Below are positions 11,951 to 23,521 of a stretch of DNA of 61,612 nucleotides, piece after piece. The notes beneath the pieces are model-generated. The model was given only the letters and a program-made list of their open reading frames with translations, was not told the origin of the DNA and did not search any database. Origin of the DNA: Octopus sinensis (taxonomy: Eukaryota). The DNA lies in NCBI RefSeq assembly GCF_006345805.1, contig NW_021834180.1, positions 1 through 61,612 on the forward strand. The letters are read 5' to 3'. Numbering within the stretch: the first letter of the stretch is position 1; every line of letters starts with the position of its first letter. Made by a program: the position numbers and the translations under genes.

Positions 11951-12352
11951 ACTCTTTTACTCTTTTAATTGTTTCAGTCATGTGACTGTGGCCATGCTGG
12001 AGCACCGCCTTTAGTCGAGCAAATTGATCCCGAGACTTATTCTTTGTAAGCCCAGTACTTATTCTATCGGTCTCTTTTGCCGAACTGCTCAGTGACGGGG
12101 ACGTAAACACACCAGCATCGGTTGCCAAGCAATGCTAGTGGGACAAACACAGACACACAAACACACACACACATATATATATACATATATACGACAGGCT
12201 TCTTTCAGTTTCTGTCTACCAAATCCACTCACAAGGCATTGGTCGGCCCGGGGCTATAGCAGAAGACACTTGCCCAAGGTGCCACGCAGTGGGACTGAAC
12301 CCGGAACCATGTGGTTGGTTAGCAAGCTACTTACCACACAGCCACTCCTGCG
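11951..12352 (-). mobile_element. SINE family A, full length
   Basis: Same architecture as 8901-9284. Confidence 0.92.
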
Positions 12353-13007
12353 AGATATTTAGAAATTTAATATTTCTGATCCTGGAAATAAAAGAACAGC
12401 AAAATTAACTTTGGTGAGATTTGAACTTAAAGCACAGAATAAGGGAACAAATTTTATGAAGTGTTCTGTCCGAGACTCTATCGACTCTGCCACATCATTA
12501 CTGGCATCAAGTAAAAAGAAAGGACGGAAAGTTTTGAGGATTTTCTGGAATATTCAGTCCCATTAGCGAGAGTTAAAAGACTAACTGATGTCATTATACA
12601 ATTTATGTCTGGTGAACTTTAGCAGGACGTGGGTTCACTGACTAAATTGATTGTAAATCGCTGGCAGTGAGGAGCGGGGGATTCACATATTCTGAAATAC
12701 ACCCTCCATTTATTAGACTACTCTTTTGCTGCTAATTCTTTTCCACTCGACGTTCCAAAATAGTGCTTAACATTTTAAAGAGGGTCGAGAGAATTAGGGA
12801 ATATAGAAGGGATGCGCCATTTGGAAAAAAGATTGTTGTTTTTTTAAAAGGTCACGCAATTTAGGAGAGAAACAGGAAGTGGATAAGATAAAAAAGTTAT
12901 GATGTAGTAACATTATTGTTATTTTGAATCGGGGTGGATTGTCATGTACGGAATGACGTATGCAAAATATTCTTAACTGATTTATTCCTTTTATTCTTTC
13001 AACAATC

Positions 13008-13216
13008 AGGCGGTACTGGCCCTCGTGCCGGTGGCACATAAAAGCACCCACTACACTCTCGGGAGTGGTTGGCGTTAGGAAGGGCATCCAGCTGCAGAAA
13101 AATCTGCCAGATCAGATTGGAGCCTGGTGCAGCCATCTGGCTCGCCAGCACTCAGTCAAAATCGCCCAACCCATGCCAGCATGTAAAGCAGACGTTAAAC
13201 GATGATGATGATGATG
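13008..13216 (+). mobile_element. 3' half of a further SINE/LINE-tail family ending in (GAT)n
   Basis: ggcgttaggaagggcatccagctg motif, then ...gcagacgttaaac followed by a gatgatgatgatgatga tail. Confidence 0.7.
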
Positions 13217-13616
13217 AATTGGTTTTCAGTCATTCGACTGCAGCCATGCTGGGACATCACTTTAAAGGGTACAGTTGTGCAAATCGATCCCACTTATTTT
13301 TTTTAAAGCCTAGTACTTATTCTATCGGTCATTTTTGTTGAACTGCTAGGTTACGTGGGGCATAAACGAATCAGTATCGGTGGTGTTGGTTGTTAGGGAA
13401 CAAATACCGCAATTACTTTGCCTTTTTTGTGATGTATCTACATTAAGTATGATACGTAGATGGCTACAATATATTGTATTTTGTATTGAATGGCTATTTT
13501 CATTGAGGGTGACATGAGTGTGTGTGTGTGTGTGTGTGCAAATACTTCAATTCATATGCTCTCGAAAAGTGTAGGTTCAAATCAATTATTATTATTATTA
13601 TTATTGTCTTAAATAA

Positions 13617-13830
13617 GGCGGCGGAGCTGTCAGAATCATGAGCATACTGGATGGAATGCTCAGCGGTATTTCGCCCATCACTACGTTCTAAGTTCAAATT
13701 TTGCCGAGGTCAACTTTGTCTTTCATCCTTTCGGAGTTGATAAATTAAGTACCAGTAAAACACTAGGGTCGATGCAATCGACTTAATCCCCTCCGCTAGC
13801 TGCCCTTGTGGCAAAAATCCGAAACCATTA
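13617..13830 (+). mobile_element. SINE family B, first of a tandem pair
   Basis: ggcggcggagctgtcagaatc head, agttcaaatt B box, central module; flanked by attattgtcYtaaata. Confidence 0.88.
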
Positions 13831-13855
13831 TTATTATTATTATTGTCCTAAATAG

Positions 13856-14070
13856 GGCGGCGAGGTGGCAGAATCGTTAGCGCGCTGGACGAAATGCTTA
13901 GCGGTATTTCACTCGTTGCTACGTTCTAAGTTGAAATTCTACCAAGGTCAACTTTGCCTTTCATCCTTTTGGAGTCAGTAAATTAAGTACCAGTGAAACA
14001 CGGGGTCGATGTAATCGACTAGTCCCCCTCCCCACAAATTCGAGGCATTTGTGTCTCCAGTAGAAAGGAT
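13856..14070 (+). mobile_element. SINE family B, second of a tandem pair
   Basis: ggcggcgaggtggcagaatcgttagc head; same flanking repeat attattgtcctaaat. Confidence 0.88.
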
Positions 14071-14511
14071 TATTATTGTCCTAAATTTCGGTAGCAAGTC
14101 CGTCCTGGCACGTTTACAAGCCCTCCCAACACGCCACCACCACTACTACTACCACTAACAACAACAACAACAAAGTACTACAGATTTATTTAGTTAGTAA
14201 CACTTATCTTAATTTAGCCATAATTAACCAACAATAGTTTTTATAGTGAAAGTCAGTTGAGATTGTTACAACCAGGCACAGCCGTACAAATATCTACACT
14301 AAATATAGACCTATACATTCAACTCTCCTTATCTGCATCGGCCATACAGCTTTCCGGCTAATATTTCACCTTAAATAGAACTTTAGAATGCGACATTCCT
14401 TTTTTTTTTTAGTTGCTTTTGTCATTGGACTATGGCCATACTGGGACACCACCAAGGAGAATTTTAGTCGAATAGTCCATCAATGTTTGCTTTATTCTCT
14501 TTCTCTCTTTC

Positions 14512-14906
14512 TCTTTTACTTGTTTCAGTCATTTGACTGCGGCCATGCTGGAGCACCGCCTTTAATCGAGCAACTCGACCCCGGGACTTATTCTTTTGTA
14601 AGCCCAGTACTTATTCTATCGGTCTCTTTTTTGCCGAACTGCTAAGTGACGGTGACGTAAACACACCAGCATCGGTTGTCAAGCAATGCTAGGGGGACAA
14701 ACACAGACACACAAACACACACATATATATATATACATATATACGACGGGCTTCTTTCAGTTTCTGTCTACCAAATCCACTCACAAGGCTTTGGTCAGCC
14801 CGAGGCTATAGTAGTAGACATTTGCCCAAGATGCCACGCAGTGGGACTGAACCCGGAACCATGTGGTTGGTAAACAAGCTACATACCACACAGCCACTCC
14901 TGCGCC
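14512..14906 (-). mobile_element. SINE family A, full length
   Basis: Complete head ggcgcaggagtggctgtgtgg through to the tail. Confidence 0.92.
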
Positions 14907-15134
14907 TATATATATATATATTTATTCATTATTTTTTAAAGTATGGTACTTAAGCTTACCAATCATTGCCCACTTTTTGCTGAATTGCCAAAAAACCACA
15001 AACATACCGACACTGGTTGTGAAGTGGAGGGGTGATAGTGGTGGTGGTGATAGGTATAAACACAAAGACACACTTGATACATGCACACATACATACATGT
15101 GTGTGTGTGTATATATATGTATGTATTCTTTTAT

Positions 15135-15532
15135 TCTTTTACTCGTTTCATTCATTTGACTGTGGCCATGCTGGAGCACTGTCTTTAGTTGAACAAATCA
15201 ACCCCAGAACTTATTCCTTGTAAGCCTAGTACTTATTATATTGGTTTCTTTTGCCGGACCGCTAAGTTACAGAGACGTAAACACACCAATATCGGTTGCC
15301 AAGCGCTGGAAGGGGGCCCACAGACACACAAGCATATACATACATATATACATACATACATACATACATAAACAACGAGCTTCTTTCTGTTTCCGTCTAC
15401 AAAATCATCTCACAAGACTTCGGTCAGCCCAAGGCTATAGTAGAAGACACTTGCCCAAGGTGCTATGCGGTGGGACTGAACCCAGAACCATGTGGTTGAG
15501 AAGCAAGCTTCTTACAACTCTGCCACACCTGC
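15135..15532 (-). mobile_element. SINE family A, diverged full length
   Basis: Same modules, with an expanded (ATAC)n internal tract. Confidence 0.88.
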
Positions 15533-15878
15533 ATATATACATATGCATACATACATGTGTGTGTGTGTGTATAAATATATATGAATATATGTATATGTGT
15601 GTGTCTGTTTGTGTCTTTTCATTATCAACTCTCTTGTGTTCTCTAGCAAAATTAATTAGATGATTTTCGTAAATCTAATAATTAATTAGGCATCATCACC
15701 ATGACCACCATTACCATCATCATCATCCTTATCATTTCTTTCACCGCCAACACCAACACCTACACCCACCATCCACCACCACCACCACCTACACCCACCA
15801 TCCACCACCACCACCACCACCACCATCACAACGAAGTGAAAAACATCAAAAGTAAATGTTGAAAACTTTAGGCCATGC

Positions 15879-15916
15879 GCTCAAACATTTCTGTCAACAG
15901 ACAGTCATCAGAAAGC
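15879..15916 (-). ncRNA. Minimal type I hammerhead ribozyme, slightly decayed
   Basis: Minus strand: gcuuu-CUGAUGA-C-UGUC-uguu-GACA-GAAA-U-GU-U-ugagc. Stem II has 4 bp; stem I has 4 bp with the first pair mismatched. Confidence 0.6.
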
Positions 15917-16006
15917 TGTAATTAGTGTGGGTTAGATGTTAATTAAAACCCCAAGCGAGGTTTGATTCATCGGACATACGATAAAAGGCATTAAACTCGA
16001 TAAATG

Positions 16007-16391
16007 GGGGAAACACTCCGTCGGTTACGACGACGAGGGTTCCGGTTGATCCGAATCAATGGAACAGCCTGCTCGTGAAATTAACGTGTAAGTGGCTGAG
16101 CACTCCACAGACACGTGTACCCTTAACGTAGTTCTCGGGGATATTCAGCGTGACACAGAGAGTGACAAGGCCGGCCCCTTGAAATGCAGGTACAACAGAA
16201 ACAGGAAGTAAGAGTGAGAGAAAGTTGTGGTGAAAGAGTAGAGCAGGGATCACCACCATCCCCTGCCAGAGCCTCGTGGAGCTTTTAGGTGTTTTCGCTC
16301 AATAAACACTCACAACGCCCGGTCTGGGAATCGAAACCACGATCCTATGACCGCGAGTCTGCTGCCCTAACCACTGGGCCATTGCGCCTCC
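16007..16391 (-). mobile_element. SINE family C (tRNA-Arg-like head), long-tail variant
   Basis: Head ggaggcgcaatggcccagtggttagggcagcagactcgcggtc; 13-bp TSD aactcgataaatg at 15994-16006 and 16392-16404. Confidence 0.95.
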
Positions 16392-16419
16392 AACTCGATA
16401 AATGTCAACTTGTAAATAA

Positions 16420-17050
16420 TATGTCAGGCATGGCTGTGCCGTTAAGAAACTCCCTTTGTGATTACATAGTTTCGGGTTCAGTCCCACTGCACGGCACGCT
16501 GGCTAAATATGTTCTACTATAATTTCAGGTCAACCAAAGCCTTGGGATAGGCAGAAATTATGTGGAAGCGGTGAGCTGGCAGAAACGTTAGCACGCCAGG
16601 CAAAATGCTTAGCGGTATATTGACTGTCTGAGTTCAAATTCCGCCGAGGTCAACTTTGCCTTTCATCCTTTCAAGGTTGATTAAATAAATACCAGTTACG
16701 CACTAGGGTCGATATAATTGACTTAATCCGTTTATCTGTCTTTGTTTGTCCCCTCTTTGTAGCCCCTTGTGGGCAGTAAAGAAATAAGAAACTGTGTAGA
16801 AGCCTGCCATATATGCATATGTGTGTGTATCCTTGTATTTGTGTTGTGTTTGTTTCCCCATCACCACTTGACAACTGCTGTTAGTTTGATTATGTCCCAC
16901 TAACTTGGCAATTCGGTGAAGGAAGCTGATAGAATAAGTACCAGACTTAAAAGAAAAACTTAAGTTCTGGGGTCAAATTATTCAACTAAAACCCCTTAAG
17001 ATGGTGCTGCAGCATGGCCACAGCCCAATGACTGGAACAAGCAAAAGATA
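16420..17050 (+). mobile_element. Family A SINE interrupted by a family B SINE (16568-16788)
   Basis: A head at 16420-16567, a complete B copy, then A resumes. Imperfect duplication agaaa.t.tgtggaagc / agaaactgtgtagaagc at the junctions. Confidence 0.75.
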
Positions 17051-17184
17051 AAATATAAAACAGTTCGCTTATTCTTTATTATTTCAATTTCTGTGGTGCT
17101 GCAGCATGGCCACAGCCCAATGACTGGAACAAGCAAAAGATAAAATATAAAACAGTTCTCTCATTCTTTATTATTTCAATTTCT
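17002..17184. repeat. 92-bp direct tandem duplication
   Basis: Copies begin at 17002 and 17094 and differ at about 2 positions. Confidence 0.95.
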
Positions 17185-19619
17185 TTGTCTGTCATATTGG
17201 AAATCACAAAACTTTGGCTGGATTTAAGGAATATTTACGTGGGTATCGATAAAAAAGAAAAAAATGCTGATAGCCTCCAATACATTCTGGACAATTTAAT
17301 AAATATGGAGTTTTATATTTAATCTGAAGCTGCTTTTCCCTCTCAATAATACAACATATATTGATTGCTAACATCTGTAAATGGTTTTAAGAAATCGGAT
17401 TGGCCATAACTGGGGATTTTAAACGTATTAAACCTGAGCGAGATGAAAGAGAAAGATGATAGCGAAAGATGAAGACGAAGATAAAGAGAGGAAGAAGATG
17501 GAAATGTGTTTGTCTTTAAATGGTAAATCAATTGTAGTCAATTTTTCAAATATCGTGAGAAATTTTTCAATAACAACGATTAAGAGATATCGTAAATATA
17601 TTTTTTTTTTTTTACAGAAATAAAATGGGGGAAAAAATAAATTAATAAATGAATAACAACATAAGCAATGTGGATGAAAAACGTCAATGGCGAAGAGAAG
17701 AACGTTTCTACTTCGGCAACTTGGAACTACAGCGCACACACACAGAGAAGATATATCGATCGGACTCTAAAGCGTACATAGAGAAGAGATATTGATTGGA
17801 ACTAAAGCACACATAACACAGAGAATATATATTGATTTCTAACACAGGGACACGGTCTCGAATATCTCATATACCCAGAGAAAGGATGTAGACGATTAAG
17901 GTCATCCTCGATTTCTGAAAGAATATGTAAAAAGTAGGCGACACTACTAGCGAATGGGTTAGACATATTAAATAGCAACTATATCGTAGTTATTACAGTG
18001 AAGCAATTGTTTGCTGAAGTCGTTATTAAAAGCGGGAAAATATTAAATCAAATATTTGAAAGGTTATAATTTATTATAAGTTAAAACAGGCAGCCAAATG
18101 ATATTGATTTGTGTCGGTCGTCTGCCGAAGAAAAGACAGACGACCAATAAACAATGGACAATTTTCATTGAGACATCTTTACATATCATCTAATTAAATA
18201 TTTCTTGAGAGAGTAGTGTACATGTCCAAGAAGTGAAACAGGATATGTTATCGTAGTTAGCTTATCACTAAACTATTTTGAGTTCAAATCACAATAAAGT
18301 TCAGATATCACCCTTTATTTTTCTGGGGTTTAGCACAAATTAAGTGCCATCAGTTAAACACAAGAGACACTTATTAATTCTATCCCGCCATAAAATATTG
18401 GTATGTATGCATGTATATATATTAAATGTCTAAATACCTTTAAGATTTTAGACATTTCCTTACCAAGAGCACTTATTTGAAATTCAGTATACTGTACTCT
18501 CATTGAATGGTTTATTTTCACATGTCGATATGATCATCAGAAAAGACCCCAATTTAGTGGGGGATAAATGTCATTTAATGAATTATAATAGGAGTTTTCC
18601 AAGTTTCATGAATTTCTGGAGCTACTTCAAGTTTCATGTTTGCTTGGTAAGGTAATCATACAGCAGAATGTATGGTGTACCATGCAAAATGCAGCAATCA
18701 TTCAGGCTCAAACGCCCACACACACACACATACATGGTGTGGTGTTGAAAACTGCTATGGATATTATTCCGCTTTTACTCGTTAACTTGATATTAGAAGC
18801 ATTACATATTCCGTAAGAGCAACATTATATGCCCACATATATGTTTTATATGGCCATTTCATATACGTTATATAACGATCAAGTATAAATTATATATACT
18901 TTACATAACAACAATGTTTTAATTATATATGCATTATATAATCATCACATGCTCTCTTCCTTGAAAGTAATATATTTTCTACTACTACTACTATCTCCCA
19001 AAATGGCCACCCTGTACAGTCAGCATTCCCCACCCACATATCAACCTTATCATATATCTATTATATAACCGTTATATAACTGTTATTCAACCATTGAGGC
19101 ACATTATATATTTGATCAGAAACCTCTCCTTCTGTGTCTCAGTGATATTCTGTTATTTGTAAGCCATTTGATCCTCAAACTCAGCACTTCACTCTACTCA
19201 GTTCTACTCAACACTCCTCTCCACTCAAAACTCTGCTTCATTCAACACTCAGCTATACTCAGTCGCTCATACTGGGGATATCTTAATATCCTAATAAAAT
19301 ACGATTCTCTCTCCTCTCTCTCTCTCTCACACACCCTCTCTTTCTAACCCATATTCTCTCAAGCTTAAATATTAGATAAAACTACACACATGCACTCTCA
19401 CACGTCACTATTTTCACTCGCACACATTGAGTCACATACACACATACACACACAAAAATCACCATCTTTCACACATACAGAACACTATCTACACACACAC
19501 ATACACTTCATACATCTTCAGATATATAAACACACTAACACACATTCCCTTTAACATAAACATTAGCTAGTATCACACACACACACACACACACATGCAC
19601 ATACACAAAAACATCACCT

Positions 19620-19885
19620 CTTCGCGCTCACACCCACACGTCATCACCTTCACGCGCACACACTCACACACGTACACGCACATGTCACCATTTTTAGCAC
19701 ACACCATCTTCACACACACACACACACTTTCTTTGTCCCATTCTCTTTCTCTTACATACACACACACACACACGTCTCCATTTTCAATGCACACCATCTT
19801 CTCATGCACACACACACAACACACACACACACGTCTCCATTTTCAATGCACACACACACCATCTTCTCATGCACACACACACAAC
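19620..19885. repeat. CA-rich minisatellite (cacgtctccattttcaatgcacaccatcttctcatgc, 3-4 copies)
   Basis: Repeated core separated by (CA)n. Confidence 0.8.
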
Positions 19886-20339
19886 CACACGTACAAACAC
19901 CCCCATCTCGCCTCTCCCTCCTCCACCTCTGCAGTAAACCAGTTTCCAACATGTCTTCTGCCATTATAGATTCCAGACATGTAAAAAAGCTTTCTAAATA
20001 TATTCCGATCTCAGTTTCTATTTCCGGACTCTTTTACTAGATTCTATAGATTACATGATGGAAACGGTAAACCATTCTCTTTCTCTCTTCCCTCTTCTCT
20101 CTCTCTCTCTCTCTTCTTCTTTTCTTCTTCTTCACATCGGCATTTGCTGAAACCCTACCTTGCCAGCATTTCAAAAAATACCTGTAATAAAATGTTCGCG
20201 TTTCTCTTCAATCACACTGTAGTGGGGAGCTGCCGGGGGGTAGGGTTGGGTTGTTGTTTTGTGTGGGGTGGAGGGATGTTGCGTAGAGGGGGTTGGGTGG
20301 GGGCTGTTGAGTGGGGTTGTTTAGTGGGGCTGTTGAGTG

Positions 20340-20770
20340 TGTGCGATGAGTAGGTCTGATGAGTGGAGATATTGAATGGAGGATATGATGAGTAGGTTTG
20401 TTGAGTGTGGCTTGTTGAGCATGGCTTGTTGAGTGTTGGTTATTGAGTGGGGGTTGTTGATTCGAGGTTGGTGAGTGAGGATTGCCTGGGTGTGTGTGTG
20501 TGTGTGATGGTTAGAGCTGTTGAGTGACGCTATTGAGTAGTGGTGGCTAAGTGAAGGCTGTTAATGAATAGGATTGTTGAGTGTGGATTGTTGAGTGTTG
20601 GTTATTGAGTTGGAGTTGTTGAGTGGAGGTTGTTGAGTCAAGGTTGGTGAGTGAAGGTTGTGTGTGTGTGGTGTGTGTGAGATGGTCAGAGCTGTTGAGT
20701 GGAGGTATTGAGTAGTGGTGGCTTAGTGAATGAGTAGGATTGTTGAGTGCGGGGGTAGTATTCAGAAGAA
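20340..20770. repeat. Degenerate gttgagtg-based repeat containing a ~180-bp diverged duplication
   Basis: Blocks ~20445-20585 and ~20620-20750 align (aggttggtgagtga...agagctgttgagtg...attgagtagtggtggc...taggattgttgagtg). Confidence 0.7.
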
Positions 20771-21326
20771 GGCATGTGATGTGTAGGGCTGTTTGAATGA
20801 GGTGTTGACTGCAGGGTGTGTGATGAGTGAGCGATGATGAAGTAGGGAGGCTGATCATAGGTAATTTTATTTGGTGTGTAAGATGCAACAGCCATCAATT
20901 GAAAATAGTCTGAATTCAAGTTTTCGATATTCATTTCTTTTCTGTTTTAGAATACATGTATTTATGTATCTCTGTATGTGTGTCTGCCTGTGAGTGTGTG
21001 TGTGTGTATTAGTTACATGAGATTTGAGTGAAAAACCTTGTACCATGCTAGGTAAAGCCCATCCACAGGTATTGGCTTCCTGATGTCATCACACACTGGA
21101 AATTCTCTTGCTACAGGATATACATTAGGAATTCCAAAGAATCTGTAGAGTTTATATAAATAGATAAATGATAGAAATGAACATTCTGTATAACAATTCT
21201 TAAATGAATCAGCCGTCTGCCCAATGTCAACATAGGGCCTTATGTTGACCCTCCCCTTGTGAGCACAGTACATTTATATACAAAATTTGTACTCATACAC
21301 AGATTCATCAAAGGACATTTTGATTT

Positions 21327-21423
21327 ATCTCTGCATGAGCATTTATCGTTTTTATTTGAATATAGGCAGTCCTGCATCTCTGCATGAGCATTTATCGTTT
21401 TTATTTGAATATAGGCAGTCCTG
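21327..21423. repeat. 49-bp tandem duplication inside the PLE cysteine linker
   Basis: atctctgcatgagcatttatcgtttttatttgaatataggcagtcctg at 21327 and again at 21376. Confidence 0.95.
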
Positions 21424-22055
21424 ACTCCATTTTTCCGGCGTTGTTATCATGCTAGATGTACCATGAGTATTGCTACTACTATAAATTGGTCGAAGTTGGT
21501 GATTATCAATGTAGTTTACATCTCCTTGGTTGGCATTCAGATGTAAATGCTTGCTAGATCCAGTAGGTGGGTTATTGAACCTTTACCATATTTTGCTGTT
21601 GTTTATGTGATGCATAAGATACTCCAAATTAGCAGCGTCAACGTAGGATACCTTCACAATGTGCTGATTAAAAATAGCATGATACTGATTGGGTTTAGGA
21701 AAACACTTGTCCAAAGCAGCAAAAAAATTTCCAGCGATCCTGGTTGAAACATTCAAACCGAAAATTGGGTTGAACCAGAGGACATCCTGAGTCCTATATC
21801 TGTTGTTAGGTTTATTTGATCTCGTGTCTTCTACAGGATTGGAACAAGCAGATGAATTACTATGTCGCATGTGTCTATGAGTTTTCTTTGGTAGATCATG
21901 ACCAATTCTTTCTGGCCTGTATTCTTTATCCGATGATTTCTCAAATGGTAGCGTTGTGGTGATATATGATGTGCATCGCAGTTGTAAGAATTATCAGTGT
22001 TGCTTAAGCCCTGCATCTTGTAAATATTGAATTCTATGATGGTACCCATCCTTAG

Positions 22056-22795
22056 CTAGAGCATCATTATAATAAGATGCATGAGATCCGAACATTTCAC
22101 TGGTAGCTGATAATGTAGAAATTCTTGTAGAAATATTCTTAACTGTATAATTGAAGGTGGATGGTTGGATGCTACATTAATGTACTTAATATGATCATTT
22201 GGTCTATGAAATGGTTCAAATAATCCAGTAACAAGAAAATTCACTCTACAATAATCCTTACCTATAGTAATGTTTAGTCCTAAATTTTTGAAAAGTCTAA
22301 AGAAATTTTTTGTATGCCTTTCTAACTGTACTTTATTACTTCTGTCTAGGAAAAATAAGACATCATCCCTATATAGACCCCCTGTTACTTCAGGAAAGGA
22401 AGACTGGATTAATGAAAGGATATATATTCCGATTAGGTCACTGGCCTGAGCAGAATCGTGTGAGCCCATTGCTATATCAAATGCATTTTCCCTATCTAAT
22501 CTACTCCATAATGTACCATCAAAATATACTAGAGTGGCTCGCGTGGCAAGAATAATATCTATTTCGTGTCGGGACAAATCGGAATTTTTCATGCTAAAAA
22601 TCAGGGCTTTGAGAACGATTAGGTTGATAGTGGTATAGTAGCTCTCTATATCAAGTTGCAAGAATTTACTAGTTTTATTAATTTCTAGAAGCTAGAACCA
22701 TTCAACCATCTCCTGGGTATGAAACCAGAGGGCTAATCTAATTTTAGACTTAAGGACGGTTATTACCCTGTCATTGATATCTTTGCTAATAATAT
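22056..22795 (-). pseudogene. PLE-type reverse transcriptase core
   Basis: Motif A LDIESYY, motif B MGSHDS, catalytic YRDD; in-frame TAG near 22692 and a downstream frameshift. Confidence 0.93.
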
Positions 22796-23086
22796 CTATA
22801 TAAGGACATACTGACTATGTCACTCAGTATGTCCTTTGATTCATATAAATTTTAATCCTTCAGCTATTTAATGCTTTTGGTGGTGGTGGGGCTGCAATCA
22901 CCTATATTATTGATTGTGTTATTAATAATTTAATTGTTACTATAGACAATAATAAAGTTAATAGTATCTTTGCAAATATTTTCTAAACTATTTGCTTCTT
23001 ATTGAAATACACACACAGATAAATTTTCTAGGAAATGGATGTGTGACGTTCAATCAAATAATAATATAGATAAGTATATATCTATC

Positions 23087-23118
<32 letters not shown>

Positions 23119-23344
23119 GTTGAGTATAGAAATTCGGGGTGAGTACTTGATAATTATAAGCACCTGTGTATACCGTTTGGTGGTGTAGGTGGTGGAGTAA
23201 GTTGATCAAAATAAAATGTAGAGAAGAAGGAGATGGACGCTTCAATTCTATGCTGCTGCCGCATTAGTCGTACGGGAATGAGAGGATTCGCATCCCCAAC
23301 CAAGAATTTTTGATGAACACATGTCCTTGTGGAAGCTGTTGTGC

Positions 23345-23420
23345 GCGGCTGAAGAAGGCCACGAATACAAGTATGCATTGTTATAAGTCTGTCTAATAAA
23401 GGCCGAAACATATGTACCGC
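23345..23420 (+). ncRNA. Type I hammerhead ribozyme, intact core
   Basis: GCGG-CUGAAGA-A-GGCC-(40-nt loop)-GGCC-GAAA-CAUAU-GUA-CCGC. Stem I 4 bp, stem II 4 bp, palindromic stem III ACAUAUGU; predicted cleavage after 23416. Confidence 0.8.
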
Positions 23421-23476
23421 TGATCTTCGCATCATGTTTTATTTTATTTTGATCAACTATCTATATCTATTATATA

Positions 23477-23521
<45 letters not shown>

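Larger units (their letters stand above)
20860..22800 (-). mobile_element. 5'-truncated Penelope-like retroelement (RT, CxCx5Cx5C linker, C-terminal GIY-YIG), inactive
   Basis: Minus-strand translation across stops and frameshifts: ISKDINDRV..WFHTQEMVEWF..FLQLDIESYYTTI..FDIAMGSHDSAQASDLIGIYIL..GLYRDD..VNFL..YINVASNHPPSII..VLWFNPIFGLNVSTRIAGNF..FNQHIVKVSY..KCSCRDKSKCPLMNLCMSTNFVYKCTV..Y(VD)IGQTADSFK. Weak endonuclease C-terminal remnant near 20860-20975. Confidence 0.93.

Noticed and set aside
21297-21341. Possible selenoprotein-encoding (Naiad-type) PLE
   Set aside because: The linker cysteines are TGC/TGT rather than TGA, and the endonuclease is C-terminal.
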